Source of the DNA: Acidobacteriota bacterium
GTDB taxonomy: Bacteria; Acidobacteriota; Thermoanaerobaculia; Thermoanaerobaculales; Thermoanaerobaculaceae
Direction: 5' to 3'
Assembly (NCBI GenBank): GCA_039961755.1
Contig: JABRVY010000224.1
Location: 1-48,393, forward strand
DNA length: 48,393 nucleotides
Shown one piece after another: positions 36,754 to 45,745 of the stretch. The notes beneath the pieces are model-generated. The model was not told the origin of the DNA, made no database searches, and saw only the letters and a program-made list of their open reading frames with translations. The stretch's first letter is position 1. Every line of letters starts with the position of its first letter. The position numbers and the translations under genes were made by a program.

Positions 36754-38569
36754 CTCGACCCTGCTCGCCGCCGGGCTGGCGATCTCCCCCGTCGCGGCCC
36801 AGGAGCGCGTGCCAGGCTCCCCCGGCGAGCTCGAACGTGCCTGGGTACAGCTGGCCGCTGCCCTGGATCCGCTCGATGAGGGGGACCTGCGGCAGCGGTG
36901 CGAGGCGCTACGGCGCAGCGCCGCATCATTCGACGTGCGCCGAGCCACCCCTGCCAGCCTGGCGCTGGTCTTGAGCGCCCGTGCCCACCCTCCCCAGCAG
37001 GCGCGCACGATCCTCAACTGCGCCATCGCTCTCGACCCCGGTGCCCCGGAGCCGTGGTTCGCGCGCGCCGCCCTGGATCTCCGCCGCGCCGCTGTGCCCT
37101 CGGCCCTGGCCGCCCTCTGGCGCGGCGGCTGGGCACTCTTCCTCGATTCCCGCACCAGCGATGTGGCCAGCGCCGGAGCGTACCTCGCCACGCTGGCGAC
37201 GGCGCTGGTGGCCTTTTTCCTGTGGGGGTTACTGGCCCTGCGCCGCACCGTCCCCCTGGTCTGGCACGACCTCGTCGAGACTACGGGATCGTGGCGGCTG
37301 GGCCGCAACGGTGTGGGCATCGCCCTGCTCATCGCCGGCCTGCCGATCTTCGTGAGCCTCGATGTCGTCTGGCTGGGGCTGTGGCTGCTGGCTCTGGGCT
37401 GGGCCTACCTGGACAGGCTGCAGCGCGCCCTGGGGCTCGGGGGGTTCCTGCTGGTGGCGGCCGCCCCGACGCTCATCGAATCAGGAGTGAGGGACTTGAG
37501 CTTTCCAGGCGATCCGGTTCATCGAGCCGCAGCGGCGCTGGTGGAGCGGCGCTGGGACTCCCGGATTTCCGACGAACTGGATGGGCTGGCGGAGCTGCTG
37601 GGTGACCAGCCCGGTTTTCATCAACTGCGCGGTGATACCTACCGCGCTCAGGGGCGGCTCGACGCCGCCCTGTGGGCCTACCGAGAGGGGTTGCGCCTCA
37701 GGCCTGATCACCCTGGCTTGCTGCTGGGGCAGGGAACGATTCACTTCCTGCTGGGTGAGTATCACGCCGCGCTGGAGTCCTTTCAGCGCGCCCGCGACGC
37801 CGGCGCGGATCGCGCCGTCGTCTCCTTCAATTTATCCCTCACACTGGCGCACACCTACAACTTTCGTGAGAGCGACGAGGCGCTCCAGCAGGCCCTGGCC
37901 GCTGACAGGAGGCGGCTGGCAGCCCTCACCAGGAGCCGCGAACACTCCCTCATCCTGCCCACCTTCACCCCTGCCGACGCCGACGCCTTGCTGGCGACCA
38001 AGGAGCGAGTCCTGCTGGTCAACCGGGGGTTGGTCCAGCCGCCTCTGGTCGTCGAGCGCAGCCTCGGCCACCCCCTCACCCTGGCCGCCCTCCTGGCGCT
38101 GGTGATTGCCATCGTGCATTCCCTGCTGCGCGAAAAGGGGGGAGTCCTCGCCCAGGCGTGCGCCAAGTGCGGAAGGGCGTTTTGCCGGCGCTGCCGGCTG
38201 GCGCACGAGAGCCAGACGTACTGCTCGCAATGTACTAACATCTTCTTGAAAAAGGACATGGTCGCCATCGATGCACAGCTCGCCAAGCGGCGTCAGCTGG
38301 CCCGACGGCGATTCGCCCTGGCGCTGGAGCGCCGCGTTTCCGACCTCCTCTTGCCAGGCCTGGGCCTGCTCTTCCACGGCCGGCCACGCCTCGGCCTCCT
38401 GCTGGCCACCATCTCGGGCGCGGCAGTGGCGGTGGGGGCGCTCTGGTTTCCCGTCTACGTCAGCCCAGCCCTGCTGCAAGTGCCGAGCTGGCCCGTGACC
38501 CTGCTCGCGGGCGCCGCGTTCGCGCTCTCTCTGGTGTTTGCTCACCTGGCACAGGTGGAGTCGAGGTAG
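36701..38569 (+). CDS. Polytopic membrane protein with TPR repeats and a cytoplasmic zinc ribbon (unknown function)
   Basis: 622 aa. The TTG start at 36701 (GGAGGAG 10 nt upstream) is uncertain. It has a signal-like N-terminus, several TM segments, TPR-like repeats (YRAQGRLDAALWAYREGL...), CAKCGRAFCRRCRLAHESQTYCSQC, then C-terminal TM segments. Confidence 0.6.
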   Translation: MTTSSTSYARFSWRRLASSTLLAAGLAISPVAAQERVPGSPGELERAWVQLAAALDPLDEGDLRQRCEALRRSAASFDVRRATPASLALVLSARAHPPQQARTILNCAIALDPGAPEPWFARAALDLRRAAVPSALAALWRGGWALFLDSRTSDVASAGAYLATLATALVAFFLWGLLALRRTVPLVWHDLVETTGSWRLGRNGVGIALLIAGLPIFVSLDVVWLGLWLLALGWAYLDRLQRALGLGGFLLVAAAPTLIESGVRDLSFPGDPVHRAAAALVERRWDSRISDELDGLAELLGDQPGFHQLRGDTYRAQGRLDAALWAYREGLRLRPDHPGLLLGQGTIHFLLGEYHAALESFQRARDAGADRAVVSFNLSLTLAHTYNFRESDEALQQALAADRRRLAALTRSREHSLILPTFTPADADALLATKERVLLVNRGLVQPPLVVERSLGHPLTLAALLALVIAIVHSLLREKGGVLAQACAKCGRAFCRRCRLAHESQTYCSQCTNIFLKKDMVAIDAQLAKRRQLARRRFALALERRVSDLLLPGLGLLFHGRPRLGLLLATISGAAVAVGALWFPVYVSPALLQVPSWPVTLLAGAAFALSLVFAHLAQVESR

Positions 38570-38571
38570 CC

Positions 38572-39849
38572 ATGGCCTTGGAAGGGACCCTGCGGGACTT
38601 CTCCCTCGCCGACATCTTTCAGCTCATCGGCCTGCAGCGCAAGACCGGCGTGTTGTCGCTGCGCTCACCCGACGATGTCGTCACCATTTCTTTCGTCGAC
38701 GGCAAGGTGGTGGCGGCCGATTCCTTGAACGACCGCCTCGAGGACCGCCTGGGGCAGATCCTCCTCAAGACCGGAGTGATCAGCAATGAGGAACTCACCG
38801 CGTCGCTGAAGGAACAGATGGAAACGCTGGAGCGCCTCGGGCGGGTCCTGTTGCGCCGCAAGGCACTCGACCGCGAGGCGCTCAAGGAGGCGCTGCAGCG
38901 CCAGACGCTGCAGATCATCTACCGCGTCTTCCGCTGGCAGGACGGCGACTACAACTTCTCCCAGGAAGTCTCCGTCGACTACGACCCGGACCTCGTCATC
39001 CCCATCACCGCCGAGTCGATCCTCATGGAAGGCGCCCGCATGCTCGACGAGTGGCCGATCATCGAGCGGCGCATCCCCCACCGCGGCATGCTTTTCGTGC
39101 CCACACCCGCGGCCGCCCAGGTGGAAGTCAGGGACACCGAGGGCGAGGAAGATCTGATCGACTTCGACCTGGAACAGAGACCGTCCGCCCCCGCCGGAGA
39201 ATCCGGCCGTGTCGTCGTGAGCTCGTCCGAGCAGGCGATCCTGCAGCTGGTCGACGGCTTCAACTCGGTGGAAGAGATCATCAAGAACTCCACCCTCAGC
39301 GAGTTTGAAACCTCCAAGGCGCTGTACACCCTGCTCTCTCGGGGTCTCATCCGGGAGGCGAACCGCTTCGAGGTGGCGCGCGCCGTCCGCCGCGACGCCC
39401 TGCCCCCCAGCGCATCCCGGTCGCTGCACGGCTTCCCCTGGCTCGTTCTGCTCCTCATTCCCCTGCTCGTGTCATCCCTGCTGGTGGCGCGCCGCAACCC
39501 CCTCAACCCCATCGAAGGCCCCGGTCCCAAGCTGGCCCCGCGCCTGCTCCTCTCGGTGTCCCGGGCGCGCATGATCGGCCTGTGGGAAGCTCTTGCCGCC
39601 CACGCCAGTCTCGCTGGCTCCCTTCCCGACTCCCTCTCCGAGCTCCTCACAGCCCGTCATCTCGATCCCCGCGCCGGCCGGGACCCCTGGGGACGCCCCT
39701 ACCACTACGTCCTGCGGGAGGACTCCGTCCTCCTGGCCGGGAGCGGAGCCGCCGGTTCGCCGGAGCCGGAGCTGATCCTCTCCCACCAGGCCCTGCACCC
39801 ACGAGAAAAGGCAGTTGCCGGATCGGGGGTTTCCCTTCTGGGACCTTGA
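38572..39849 (+). CDS. PATAN (DUF4388) domain, TM segment and GspG-like pseudopilin-domain fusion protein
   Basis: 425 aa; the ATG lies 2 nt after the upstream stop. The N-terminus LEGTLRDFSLADIFQLIGLQRKTGVLSL matches DUF4388/PATAN. One TM segment follows (FPWLVLLLIPLLVSSLLV). The C-terminus MIGLWEALAAHASLAGSLPDSLSELL...DPWGRPYHYV follows the T2SS GspG globular-domain pattern. Confidence 0.7.
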   Translation: MALEGTLRDFSLADIFQLIGLQRKTGVLSLRSPDDVVTISFVDGKVVAADSLNDRLEDRLGQILLKTGVISNEELTASLKEQMETLERLGRVLLRRKALDREALKEALQRQTLQIIYRVFRWQDGDYNFSQEVSVDYDPDLVIPITAESILMEGARMLDEWPIIERRIPHRGMLFVPTPAAAQVEVRDTEGEEDLIDFDLEQRPSAPAGESGRVVVSSSEQAILQLVDGFNSVEEIIKNSTLSEFETSKALYTLLSRGLIREANRFEVARAVRRDALPPSASRSLHGFPWLVLLLIPLLVSSLLVARRNPLNPIEGPGPKLAPRLLLSVSRARMIGLWEALAAHASLAGSLPDSLSELLTARHLDPRAGRDPWGRPYHYVLREDSVLLAGSGAAGSPEPELILSHQALHPREKAVAGSGVSLLGP

Positions 39850-39865
39850 CAATCATCGACTCAGG
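39845..39865 (+). promoter_or_regulatory. HAIR-like inverted repeat (candidate HspR operator)
   Basis: CTTGACA-N7-ACTCAGG compared with the HAIR consensus CTTGAGT-N7-ACTCAAG (5 of 7 in each half). It overlaps the -35 of the dnaK promoter, and hspR is encoded in the same operon. Confidence 0.65.
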
Positions 39866-39874
39866 TTCTATACT
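39846..39874 (+). promoter_or_regulatory. Near-consensus sigma70 promoter of the dnaK operon
   Basis: TTGACA (39846..39851), a 17-nt spacer, then TATACT (39869..39874). GAGGAGGG lies 8 nt before the ATG at 39910. Confidence 0.75.
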
Positions 39875-39909
39875 CCTCACGGCAGGGCTTTTTGAGGAGG
39901 GACTTATCA

Positions 39910-41817
39910 ATGTCGAAAATCATTGGCATCGACTTGGGCACGACGAACTCGGTGGTCGCCGTCATGGAGGGCGGGAAGCCCACGGTGATCGCTAACCAGG
40001 AGGGGAGCCGTACCACCCCATCGGTGGTGGCCTTCGCGTCCGGTGGCGAGCGACTGGTGGGTCAGCTGGCCAAGCGGCAGGCGGTCACCAACCCGGAGCG
40101 CACGATCTTTTCCATCAAGCGCTTGATGGGGCGGCGGTACAACGAGGTTACCCAGGAGATCCGCTCGCTGCCGTTCCGCGTGGTGCGGGGCGAAAACGAT
40201 ACCGCGCGTGTGGAGGCAGACGGCAAGGTCTTCTCGCCGCCCGAAATTTCCGCCATGATCCTGCAAAAACTCAAGGTCGCCGCGGAGGACTACCTCGGCG
40301 AGAAGGTCCACAAGGCTGTCATCACCGTCCCGGCGTACTTCAACGACGCCCAGCGGCAGGCCACCAAGGACGCCGGCCAGATCGCCGGCCTGGAGGTGGT
40401 GCGCCTGGTCAACGAGCCCACCGCCGCTGCCCTGGCGTACGGTCTCGACAAGAAGAAGGACGAAATCATCGCCGTGTATGACTTTGGCGGCGGCACCTTC
40501 GACATCTCGATCCTGGAGGTGGGCGAGGGCGTGGTGGAGGTCAAGGCCACCAATGGCGATACCCATCTCGGCGGGGATGACATCGACCAGCGACTGATCG
40601 ATTGGCTGGTGGAGGAGTTCCGCAAGGACCAGGGGATCGACCTGTCCAAGGATCGCATGGCCCTGCAGCGTCTCAAGGAAGCTGCGGAGAAGGCCAAGTG
40701 CGAACTCTCCTCGACTCAGGAGACGGAAATCAATCTGCCGTTCATCACCGCTGACGCCTCCGGCCCCAAGCACCTCACCATGAAGCTCAGCCGCTCGCGG
40801 TTCGAGCAGCTGGTGGGTGACATCATCCAGCGCACCGTGGCCCCCTGTCGGCAGGCGCTCAAGGACGCCGGGCTGGAGCCCAAGGACGTGGACGAGGTGG
40901 TCCTGGTAGGCGGGTCCACCCGCATCCCCATGGTCCAGCGCCTGGTCCAGGATCTCTTCGGCAAGGAGCCCCACAAGGGGGTGAACCCGGACGAGGTGGT
41001 TGCTGTCGGCGCTGCGGTGCAGGCAGGGGTGCTGATGGGCGAGGTGCGCGACCTCCTGCTCCTGGATGTGACGCCCCTTTCCCTGGGGGTGGAGACGCTG
41101 GGCGGTGTCAGCGACGTGGTCATCCCCCGCAACACCACCATTCCGACCCGCAAGGCGAAGGTGTACTCCACGGCCGACGATAACCAGACCCAGGTGGAGA
41201 TCCACGTCCTCCAGGGCGAGCGTCCCATGGCCCGCGACAACCGCACCCTGGGGCGTTTCCACCTGGTGGGTATCCCGCCGGCGCCGCGCGGCATTCCCCA
41301 GATCGAGGTCACCTTCGACATCGACGCCAACGGCATCCTGCACGTGTCCGCCAAGGACCTCGGCACCGGCAAGGAGCAGAAGATCCAGATCACCGCTTCC
41401 TCCGGCCTCAGCGAGAGCGAGATCCAGCGCATGGTCAGCGAGGCCGAGCAGCATGCCGCCGAGGACCAGCAGCGCCGGGCCGAGGTGGAGTCGCGCAATC
41501 GTCTGGACGCCCTTGCCTACTCCACCCAGAAGCTGCTGGACGAGAACAAGGACAAGCTTCCCGAGGCGCAGCGCTCCGACACCGAGGCAGCCCTCGCCGA
41601 TGCCCGCAAAGCACTGGAGGAAGGCAAGAAAGAAGCCATGGATGCGGCTTACGATCGCCTCACCAAGGCCTCGCATCGCCTGGCCGAGGAGATTTACCGC
41701 GCCGCCGCACCGCCCAAGGACTCGTCCCCGGCGGGAGGTTCCGCCCGTGCGTCGAGTTCCGACGACGACGTGGTCGACGCGGAATACGTTGACGTAGAAT
41801 CGAAGACGAGTAACTGA
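39910..41817 (+). CDS. dnaK: Molecular chaperone DnaK (Hsp70)
   Basis: Frame of ORF 39892..41817; the ATG at 39910 gives [14 protein letters not shown]. All Hsp70 signatures are present ([18 protein letters not shown]) and the tail is acidic. Confidence 0.98.
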   Translation: MSKIIGIDLGTTNSVVAVMEGGKPTVIANQEGSRTTPSVVAFASGGERLVGQLAKRQAVTNPERTIFSIKRLMGRRYNEVTQEIRSLPFRVVRGENDTARVEADGKVFSPPEISAMILQKLKVAAEDYLGEKVHKAVITVPAYFNDAQRQATKDAGQIAGLEVVRLVNEPTAAALAYGLDKKKDEIIAVYDFGGGTFDISILEVGEGVVEVKATNGDTHLGGDDIDQRLIDWLVEEFRKDQGIDLSKDRMALQRLKEAAEKAKCELSSTQETEINLPFITADASGPKHLTMKLSRSRFEQLVGDIIQRTVAPCRQALKDAGLEPKDVDEVVLVGGSTRIPMVQRLVQDLFGKEPHKGVNPDEVVAVGAAVQAGVLMGEVRDLLLLDVTPLSLGVETLGGVSDVVIPRNTTIPTRKAKVYSTADDNQTQVEIHVLQGERPMARDNRTLGRFHLVGIPPAPRGIPQIEVTFDIDANGILHVSAKDLGTGKEQKIQITASSGLSESEIQRMVSEAEQHAAEDQQRRAEVESRNRLDALAYSTQKLLDENKDKLPEAQRSDTEAALADARKALEEGKKEAMDAAYDRLTKASHRLAEEIYRAAAPPKDSSPAGGSARASSSDDDVVDAEYVDVESKTSN

Positions 41818-41836
41818 CCCCGCGGGAGGAGGTGCC

Positions 41837-42283
41837 GTGGTTCTGGATATCCGCCTGGTGCAGGAGCTGCTCGCCCTTCGCAACCGACTCCGCGACGCGC
41901 TCGAGCGGGCCGAGTCGCGGGCGTTGGGCGGCAGCCTCTGGCCAGGGCCCCATACCCTGGAACCCGCGGTGGATGTCTGGGAAACCGCCGAGGACGTCGT
42001 CGTGGAGGTCGAGCTGCCCGGGGCTCGTGTCGCCGATATCACGCTTCGACTCGACGGCCAGGTGCTGCTGGTCGCCGGGCACCTCCCCTCGGAAGTCGAA
42101 GAGAACGCCCGCTACTTGCGCATGGAGCGACCACGGGGCGCCTTCTCCCGCCACATCCCCCTGCCGGTGGACGTGGCGGGGGAACCCCGCGCCACCCTGC
42201 GTGGCGGAGTCCTCCGCGTTTCCCTGCCGCGGGCCGAGGCCCCGCGGCGTCGCAGAATTCCGGTGCAGCAGGAGGGACCATGA
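41837..42283 (+). CDS. Hsp20/alpha-crystallin small heat-shock protein
   Basis: 148 aa, with a GTG start 4 nt after GGAGGAGG. The alpha-crystallin core reads VDVWETAEDVVVEVELPG...GVLRVSLP. Confidence 0.88.
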   Translation: MVLDIRLVQELLALRNRLRDALERAESRALGGSLWPGPHTLEPAVDVWETAEDVVVEVELPGARVADITLRLDGQVLLVAGHLPSEVEENARYLRMERPRGAFSRHIPLPVDVAGEPRATLRGGVLRVSLPRAEAPRRRRIPVQQEGP

Positions 42284-42660
42284 GTTCCTCATCGTCGCGT
42301 CGCTACCACATGATCAGCTGGGTCGCCGCCCGTTACGACATTCATCCCCAGACGCTCCGCCTCTACGAGCGGGAAGGCCTGCTCCAGCCCACGCGCAGCG
42401 AGGGGAACACGCGGCTTTATGACAACGAAGCGTGCGAGCGGCTGGAGTTCATTCTCACCCTCACCCGCGACATGGGGGTGAACCTGGCCGGCGTCGAGGT
42501 CATCCTGGGAATGAAGCAGCAGATCGATGCGCTCACCAAACAGGTGGCCCACTTGCAGGAGCTCTTGGAGAGGGAAACGGCCCGGCGTACCATGATCGGC
42601 AGAGGCAACGCGCTGGCGCCCCGCCCGGCCGGGGGTCTGGTACCCAGCGAGGAGGAGTGA
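42280..42660 (+). CDS. hspR: MerR-family heat-shock repressor HspR
   Basis: 126 aa; the ATG overlaps the hsp20 stop (ATGA). The segment ISWVAARYDIHPQTLRLYEREGLLQPTRSEGNTRLY...GVNLAGVEVIL closely follows the HspR pattern. Confidence 0.85.
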   Translation: MSSSSSRRYHMISWVAARYDIHPQTLRLYEREGLLQPTRSEGNTRLYDNEACERLEFILTLTRDMGVNLAGVEVILGMKQQIDALTKQVAHLQELLERETARRTMIGRGNALAPRPAGGLVPSEEE

Positions 42661-43511
42661 TCAAAGACCGGGAGTTCAACGATCCCGAGGCGGCCCTTCT
42701 CCGTCGCTATCTGCAGGAGATCGGCCGCTTTCGTCAGCTCACTCCCGAGGAGGAGAAGGAGCTGGGGTACCGCGTGCGGGAGGGCGACCCGGAGGCGTTG
42801 CGGCGGCTGGTGGAGTCCAACCTCCGCTTCGTGGTGGCCTACGCCAAGCGCTTTCGCCACTCCCGGGTGCCCCTCCTGGACCTCATCAACGAGGGCAACA
42901 TCGGTCTGATCCAGGCGGCGTCCAAGTTCGACCCGGACCGCAACGTCAAATTCATCACCTACGCCGTCTGGTGGATCCGCCAGGCCATCCTCCACGCCCT
43001 CTCCGAACACGGAGCCACCTTTCGTCTGCCCCAGAAGCAGGCCAACCTCCTCTACCGGCTGGAGCGCTCCCGGCAAGCTTTGGGGCGCGAGCTGGAGCGC
43101 CCCCCCAACGAGGAGGAGCTGGCCGACGAGCTGGCCATGACCCCGGAAGAGGTGCGCCTGCTGTTGTCAACCAACCAGAGTTTCCTCTCCTTGAACCAGC
43201 CCGTGGACGAGGAGGGGGAGGCGGAGTTCGGCGACCTCCTGGAGCAGTACGTCGTGCCCGACACCGACGAGGAGGTGTTGCGGCAGTCCTTCGAGGAAAC
43301 CCTCCGCGAGGTGCTCGACGAGCTGTCGGCCAAGGAGAGGGAGGTCCTCAGGCTCCGCTTCGGCCTCGATGACGATGAACCGCGCACCCTGCGAGAAATC
43401 GGTGACCAGCTCGGGATTTCCCGCGAGCGGGTACGCCAGATCGAGAGCCAGGCGCTGGCCAAGCTGCGCCGCAGCGCCAAGGCTCGCACCCTGGTTGGCT
43501 ACTTGAACTGA
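42657..43511 (+). CDS. Sigma-70-family RNA polymerase sigma factor lacking region 1.1 (284 aa)
   Basis: Frame of ORF 42432..43511. The GTG at 42657 overlaps the hspR stop (GTGA). Region 1.2 is DPEAALLRRYLQEIG, region 2 is DLINEGNIGLIQAASKFDPDRNVKFITYAVWWIRQAI, and region 4 is TLREIGDQLGISRERVRQIESQALAKLR. Confidence 0.87.
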   Translation: MIKDREFNDPEAALLRRYLQEIGRFRQLTPEEEKELGYRVREGDPEALRRLVESNLRFVVAYAKRFRHSRVPLLDLINEGNIGLIQAASKFDPDRNVKFITYAVWWIRQAILHALSEHGATFRLPQKQANLLYRLERSRQALGRELERPPNEEELADELAMTPEEVRLLLSTNQSFLSLNQPVDEEGEAEFGDLLEQYVVPDTDEEVLRQSFEETLREVLDELSAKEREVLRLRFGLDDDEPRTLREIGDQLGISRERVRQIESQALAKLRRSAKARTLVGYLN

Positions 43512-43642
43512 CCCCTTGCCGCCGGGCGGGGCGGAGGCCGGCGTCGACGCTGTGCACTGGTTGGCGGTCAACACCCTGGTGGGCAAAGTCGGGACCGCCC
43601 GAACGGTACAGCCGAGTCCCCGGGCAGAGTCGACCGACGGGG

Positions 43643-44173
43643 TTACGGGCGCTGCTTGAGGTTACCCGGCAGCTCCTCGACGGAGTAACGCAGCACCCTG
43701 GCGATCTCCTCCCCGTCCGCCGCCTTGACCAGATTGGCCACCGTGGTGCGGTTGCGGCAGATCCAGGACAGGCGCGCCAGCCAGCGCAGGTGCGCCATGT
43801 CCTTGCGCAGCGCCAGCAGGAAGAACAGGTGGGTGGGTCGCTCGTCGGGGGAGCCAAACGCCACTCCAGTCTTCGACCGCGCCAGGAAGAGGAACTGCCG
43901 GGGGAACTTCTCCGCCGCCCGGTGCCGCGCGTGGAGAAAGGCGACGCCGTTGGGCATCGCCGTCGGCACCATGCGCTCCCGCTCGGTCAGCGCCGTTTCC
44001 AGCCACCGGGCGTCGCTGACCAGCCCCAGCTCGCCAACTCTCGCCACGATCGCCGAGATGACTGACTCGCGACTGTCCGCCTGGAGATCCGCCACCACGT
44101 GGCTGGCATCAAACAGTTCGGCGAACGCCGGATCAGCAGCCTCAACAGCCCCAGATGCTTCAGGATCGCTCAC
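43643..44173 (-). CDS. PTS EIIA type-2 (PtsN-like) domain protein
   Basis: 176 aa, with a GTG start after GAGGAGGGAGGAG. MPNGVAFLHARH fits the EIIA-2 phospho-His region, and the overall length and patterning fit that fold. Confidence 0.68.
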   Translation of the reverse strand: MSDPEASGAVEAADPAFAELFDASHVVADLQADSRESVISAIVARVGELGLVSDARWLETALTERERMVPTAMPNGVAFLHARHRAAEKFPRQFLFLARSKTGVAFGSPDERPTHLFFLLALRKDMAHLRWLARLSWICRNRTTVANLVKAADGEEIARVLRYSVEELPGNLKQRP

Positions 44174-44206
44174 GGCCGCTCCTCCCTCCTCGGTCCCGAG
44201 GGGCGT

Positions 44207-45652
44207 TCATTGTAGCCCAGCTTCTTCGCACAAGAGAGCGAAGGTGCGCTCCAGGTGCGCCTCATCGGTCGCCAGGTTTCCCACCGCAACCCGCAGGCAG
44301 AGCTTGCCCTTGAGTCTGGTGTGGGAGAGGAAGACCTCCCCGCGGGCGTTGACCCGTTCCAGCAGTGCCAGGTTGAGGCGCTCCAGCACCGCCTCGTCGG
44401 TTTCTCCCGGCGGGCGCACGCGGAAACAGACCACCGAAAACGGCACCGGCGCCAGCCGCTCGAAGGCCGGGTGCTCATCCACCCGCGCGGCAAACGCCCG
44501 CGCCAGGCGCACGTGACGCCGCACCGCCTCCTTCAACCCCTCCAGCCCGAAGTGGCGAAACACGAACCACAGCTTCAGGGCGCGAAAGCGCCGACCCAGC
44601 TGGAACGAATAATCCATCAGATCCACCACCCCGGCGGCGTCGGTGCGCAGGTACTCGGGCACCAGGGAGAGGGCGCGCCGGAAGACCTCCGGCCGGGAGG
44701 TGAGCAGCACCGAACAGTCGATGGGGGTGAACAGCCACTTGTGGGGGTTGGCCACCAGCGAGTCGGCCTCCTGGCAGCCGTCCAGCGCCCACCGGAACTC
44801 TTCCGCCACCGCGGCGCTCCCGGCGTAGGCGGCGTCCACGTGCAGCCACACTTCGTGGCGGCGGCACACCTCGGCGATGGCCGGCACCGGGTCAACCGCC
44901 GTCGCCGAGGTGGTTCCCACCGTCGCCACCACTGCAAAGGGCAGTTTTCCCTCGTGACGGTCCTCGCGCAGCGCATGATCCAGCACGTCCGCCTTCATGC
45001 GGAAGCGTTCGTCGGTGGGGATCCGGCGCACGTGCCGCCGACCGAGGCCCAGCACGATCGCCGCCTTTTCCACCGAGGAATGGGCCTCCTCGGAGCAGTA
45101 CAACACCAGCGGCCGGATCCCCGACAGGCCCTCCTCCCGCACGTCCACCCCGGCCGCCTCCCGGGCCGCCGTCAGTGCCACCAGCGTGGAGGTCGACGCG
45201 GTGTCGGCGATCATTCCGAACCAGTCGGCAGGCAGACCCAGGGCGCGGGCGTACCACCCCACCACCACCTGCTCCAGCTCGGTCAGCGCCGGGCAGGTCT
45301 TCCACAGCATGCCGTTGACGTTGAGCGCGGCGGTGATGGTTTCGGCAAGAATGCCCGGCCCCGACCCGGTGATGCCGAAGTACGCCAGGAAGCCCGGGTG
45401 ATTCCAGTGGGTCACCCCGGGCAGGATGATGCGGTCGAGATCCTCGAGCCAGCGCTCCACACTGTCGCCATGGATCGGCGGCTCGGGGGGAAGAGCGTCC
45501 CGCACCGCTCCCGGTTGTACCCGGGCCAGAACCGGCAGGGTGGCGACGGTGCGCCGATAGCTCGCCACCCACGTGGCCACCTGGCGCAGCGCCGCTTCCA
45601 AGTCCGCGGGGTCGAGATCCCCTACCTTGCGAATTCTCTCTTCGTCACCCAT
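44207..45652 (-). CDS. Group II PLP-dependent decarboxylase (aromatic-L-amino-acid / Cys-sulfinate decarboxylase family)
   Basis: 481 aa. Motifs are HWNHPGFLAYF, the PLP-lysine motif NPHKWL, and DAAYAGSA. Confidence 0.9.
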   Translation of the reverse strand: MGDEERIRKVGDLDPADLEAALRQVATWVASYRRTVATLPVLARVQPGAVRDALPPEPPIHGDSVERWLEDLDRIILPGVTHWNHPGFLAYFGITGSGPGILAETITAALNVNGMLWKTCPALTELEQVVVGWYARALGLPADWFGMIADTASTSTLVALTAAREAAGVDVREEGLSGIRPLVLYCSEEAHSSVEKAAIVLGLGRRHVRRIPTDERFRMKADVLDHALREDRHEGKLPFAVVATVGTTSATAVDPVPAIAEVCRRHEVWLHVDAAYAGSAAVAEEFRWALDGCQEADSLVANPHKWLFTPIDCSVLLTSRPEVFRRALSLVPEYLRTDAAGVVDLMDYSFQLGRRFRALKLWFVFRHFGLEGLKEAVRRHVRLARAFAARVDEHPAFERLAPVPFSVVCFRVRPPGETDEAVLERLNLALLERVNARGEVFLSHTRLKGKLCLRVAVGNLATDEAHLERTFALLCEEAGLQ

Positions 45653-45745
45653 GGGCCCCCCTCAACCCACCGATTCTCGCATGGGCGGGGCGGGTGTATC
45701 CTTCTCCCCCGACCGGCCGGGACACCGGCACCGCTTGGAGACCTC

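Noticed and set aside
39907-42042. 711-aa ORF on the minus strand
   Set aside because: It is antisense to dnaK and hsp20, both of which are unambiguous, and its translation is low in complexity.
42432-42656. N-terminal extension of the sigma-factor ORF
   Set aside because: It overlaps hspR in another frame and has an Arg/Gly/Pro-rich nonsense-like translation. Sigma region 1.2 begins right after the GTG at 42657, which overlaps the hspR stop.
44309-44329. A perfect HAIR left half-site, CTTGAGT
   Set aside because: The expected right half after 7 nt is GGGAGAG rather than ACTCAAG, and the site lies inside the decarboxylase coding region.
44255-45745. 5' two-thirds of the 796-aa plus-strand ORF 44255..46645
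   Set aside because: This portion is antisense to the PLP decarboxylase. Only the last 299 codons (from GTG 45746) look like a real cysteine-synthase-fold protein.
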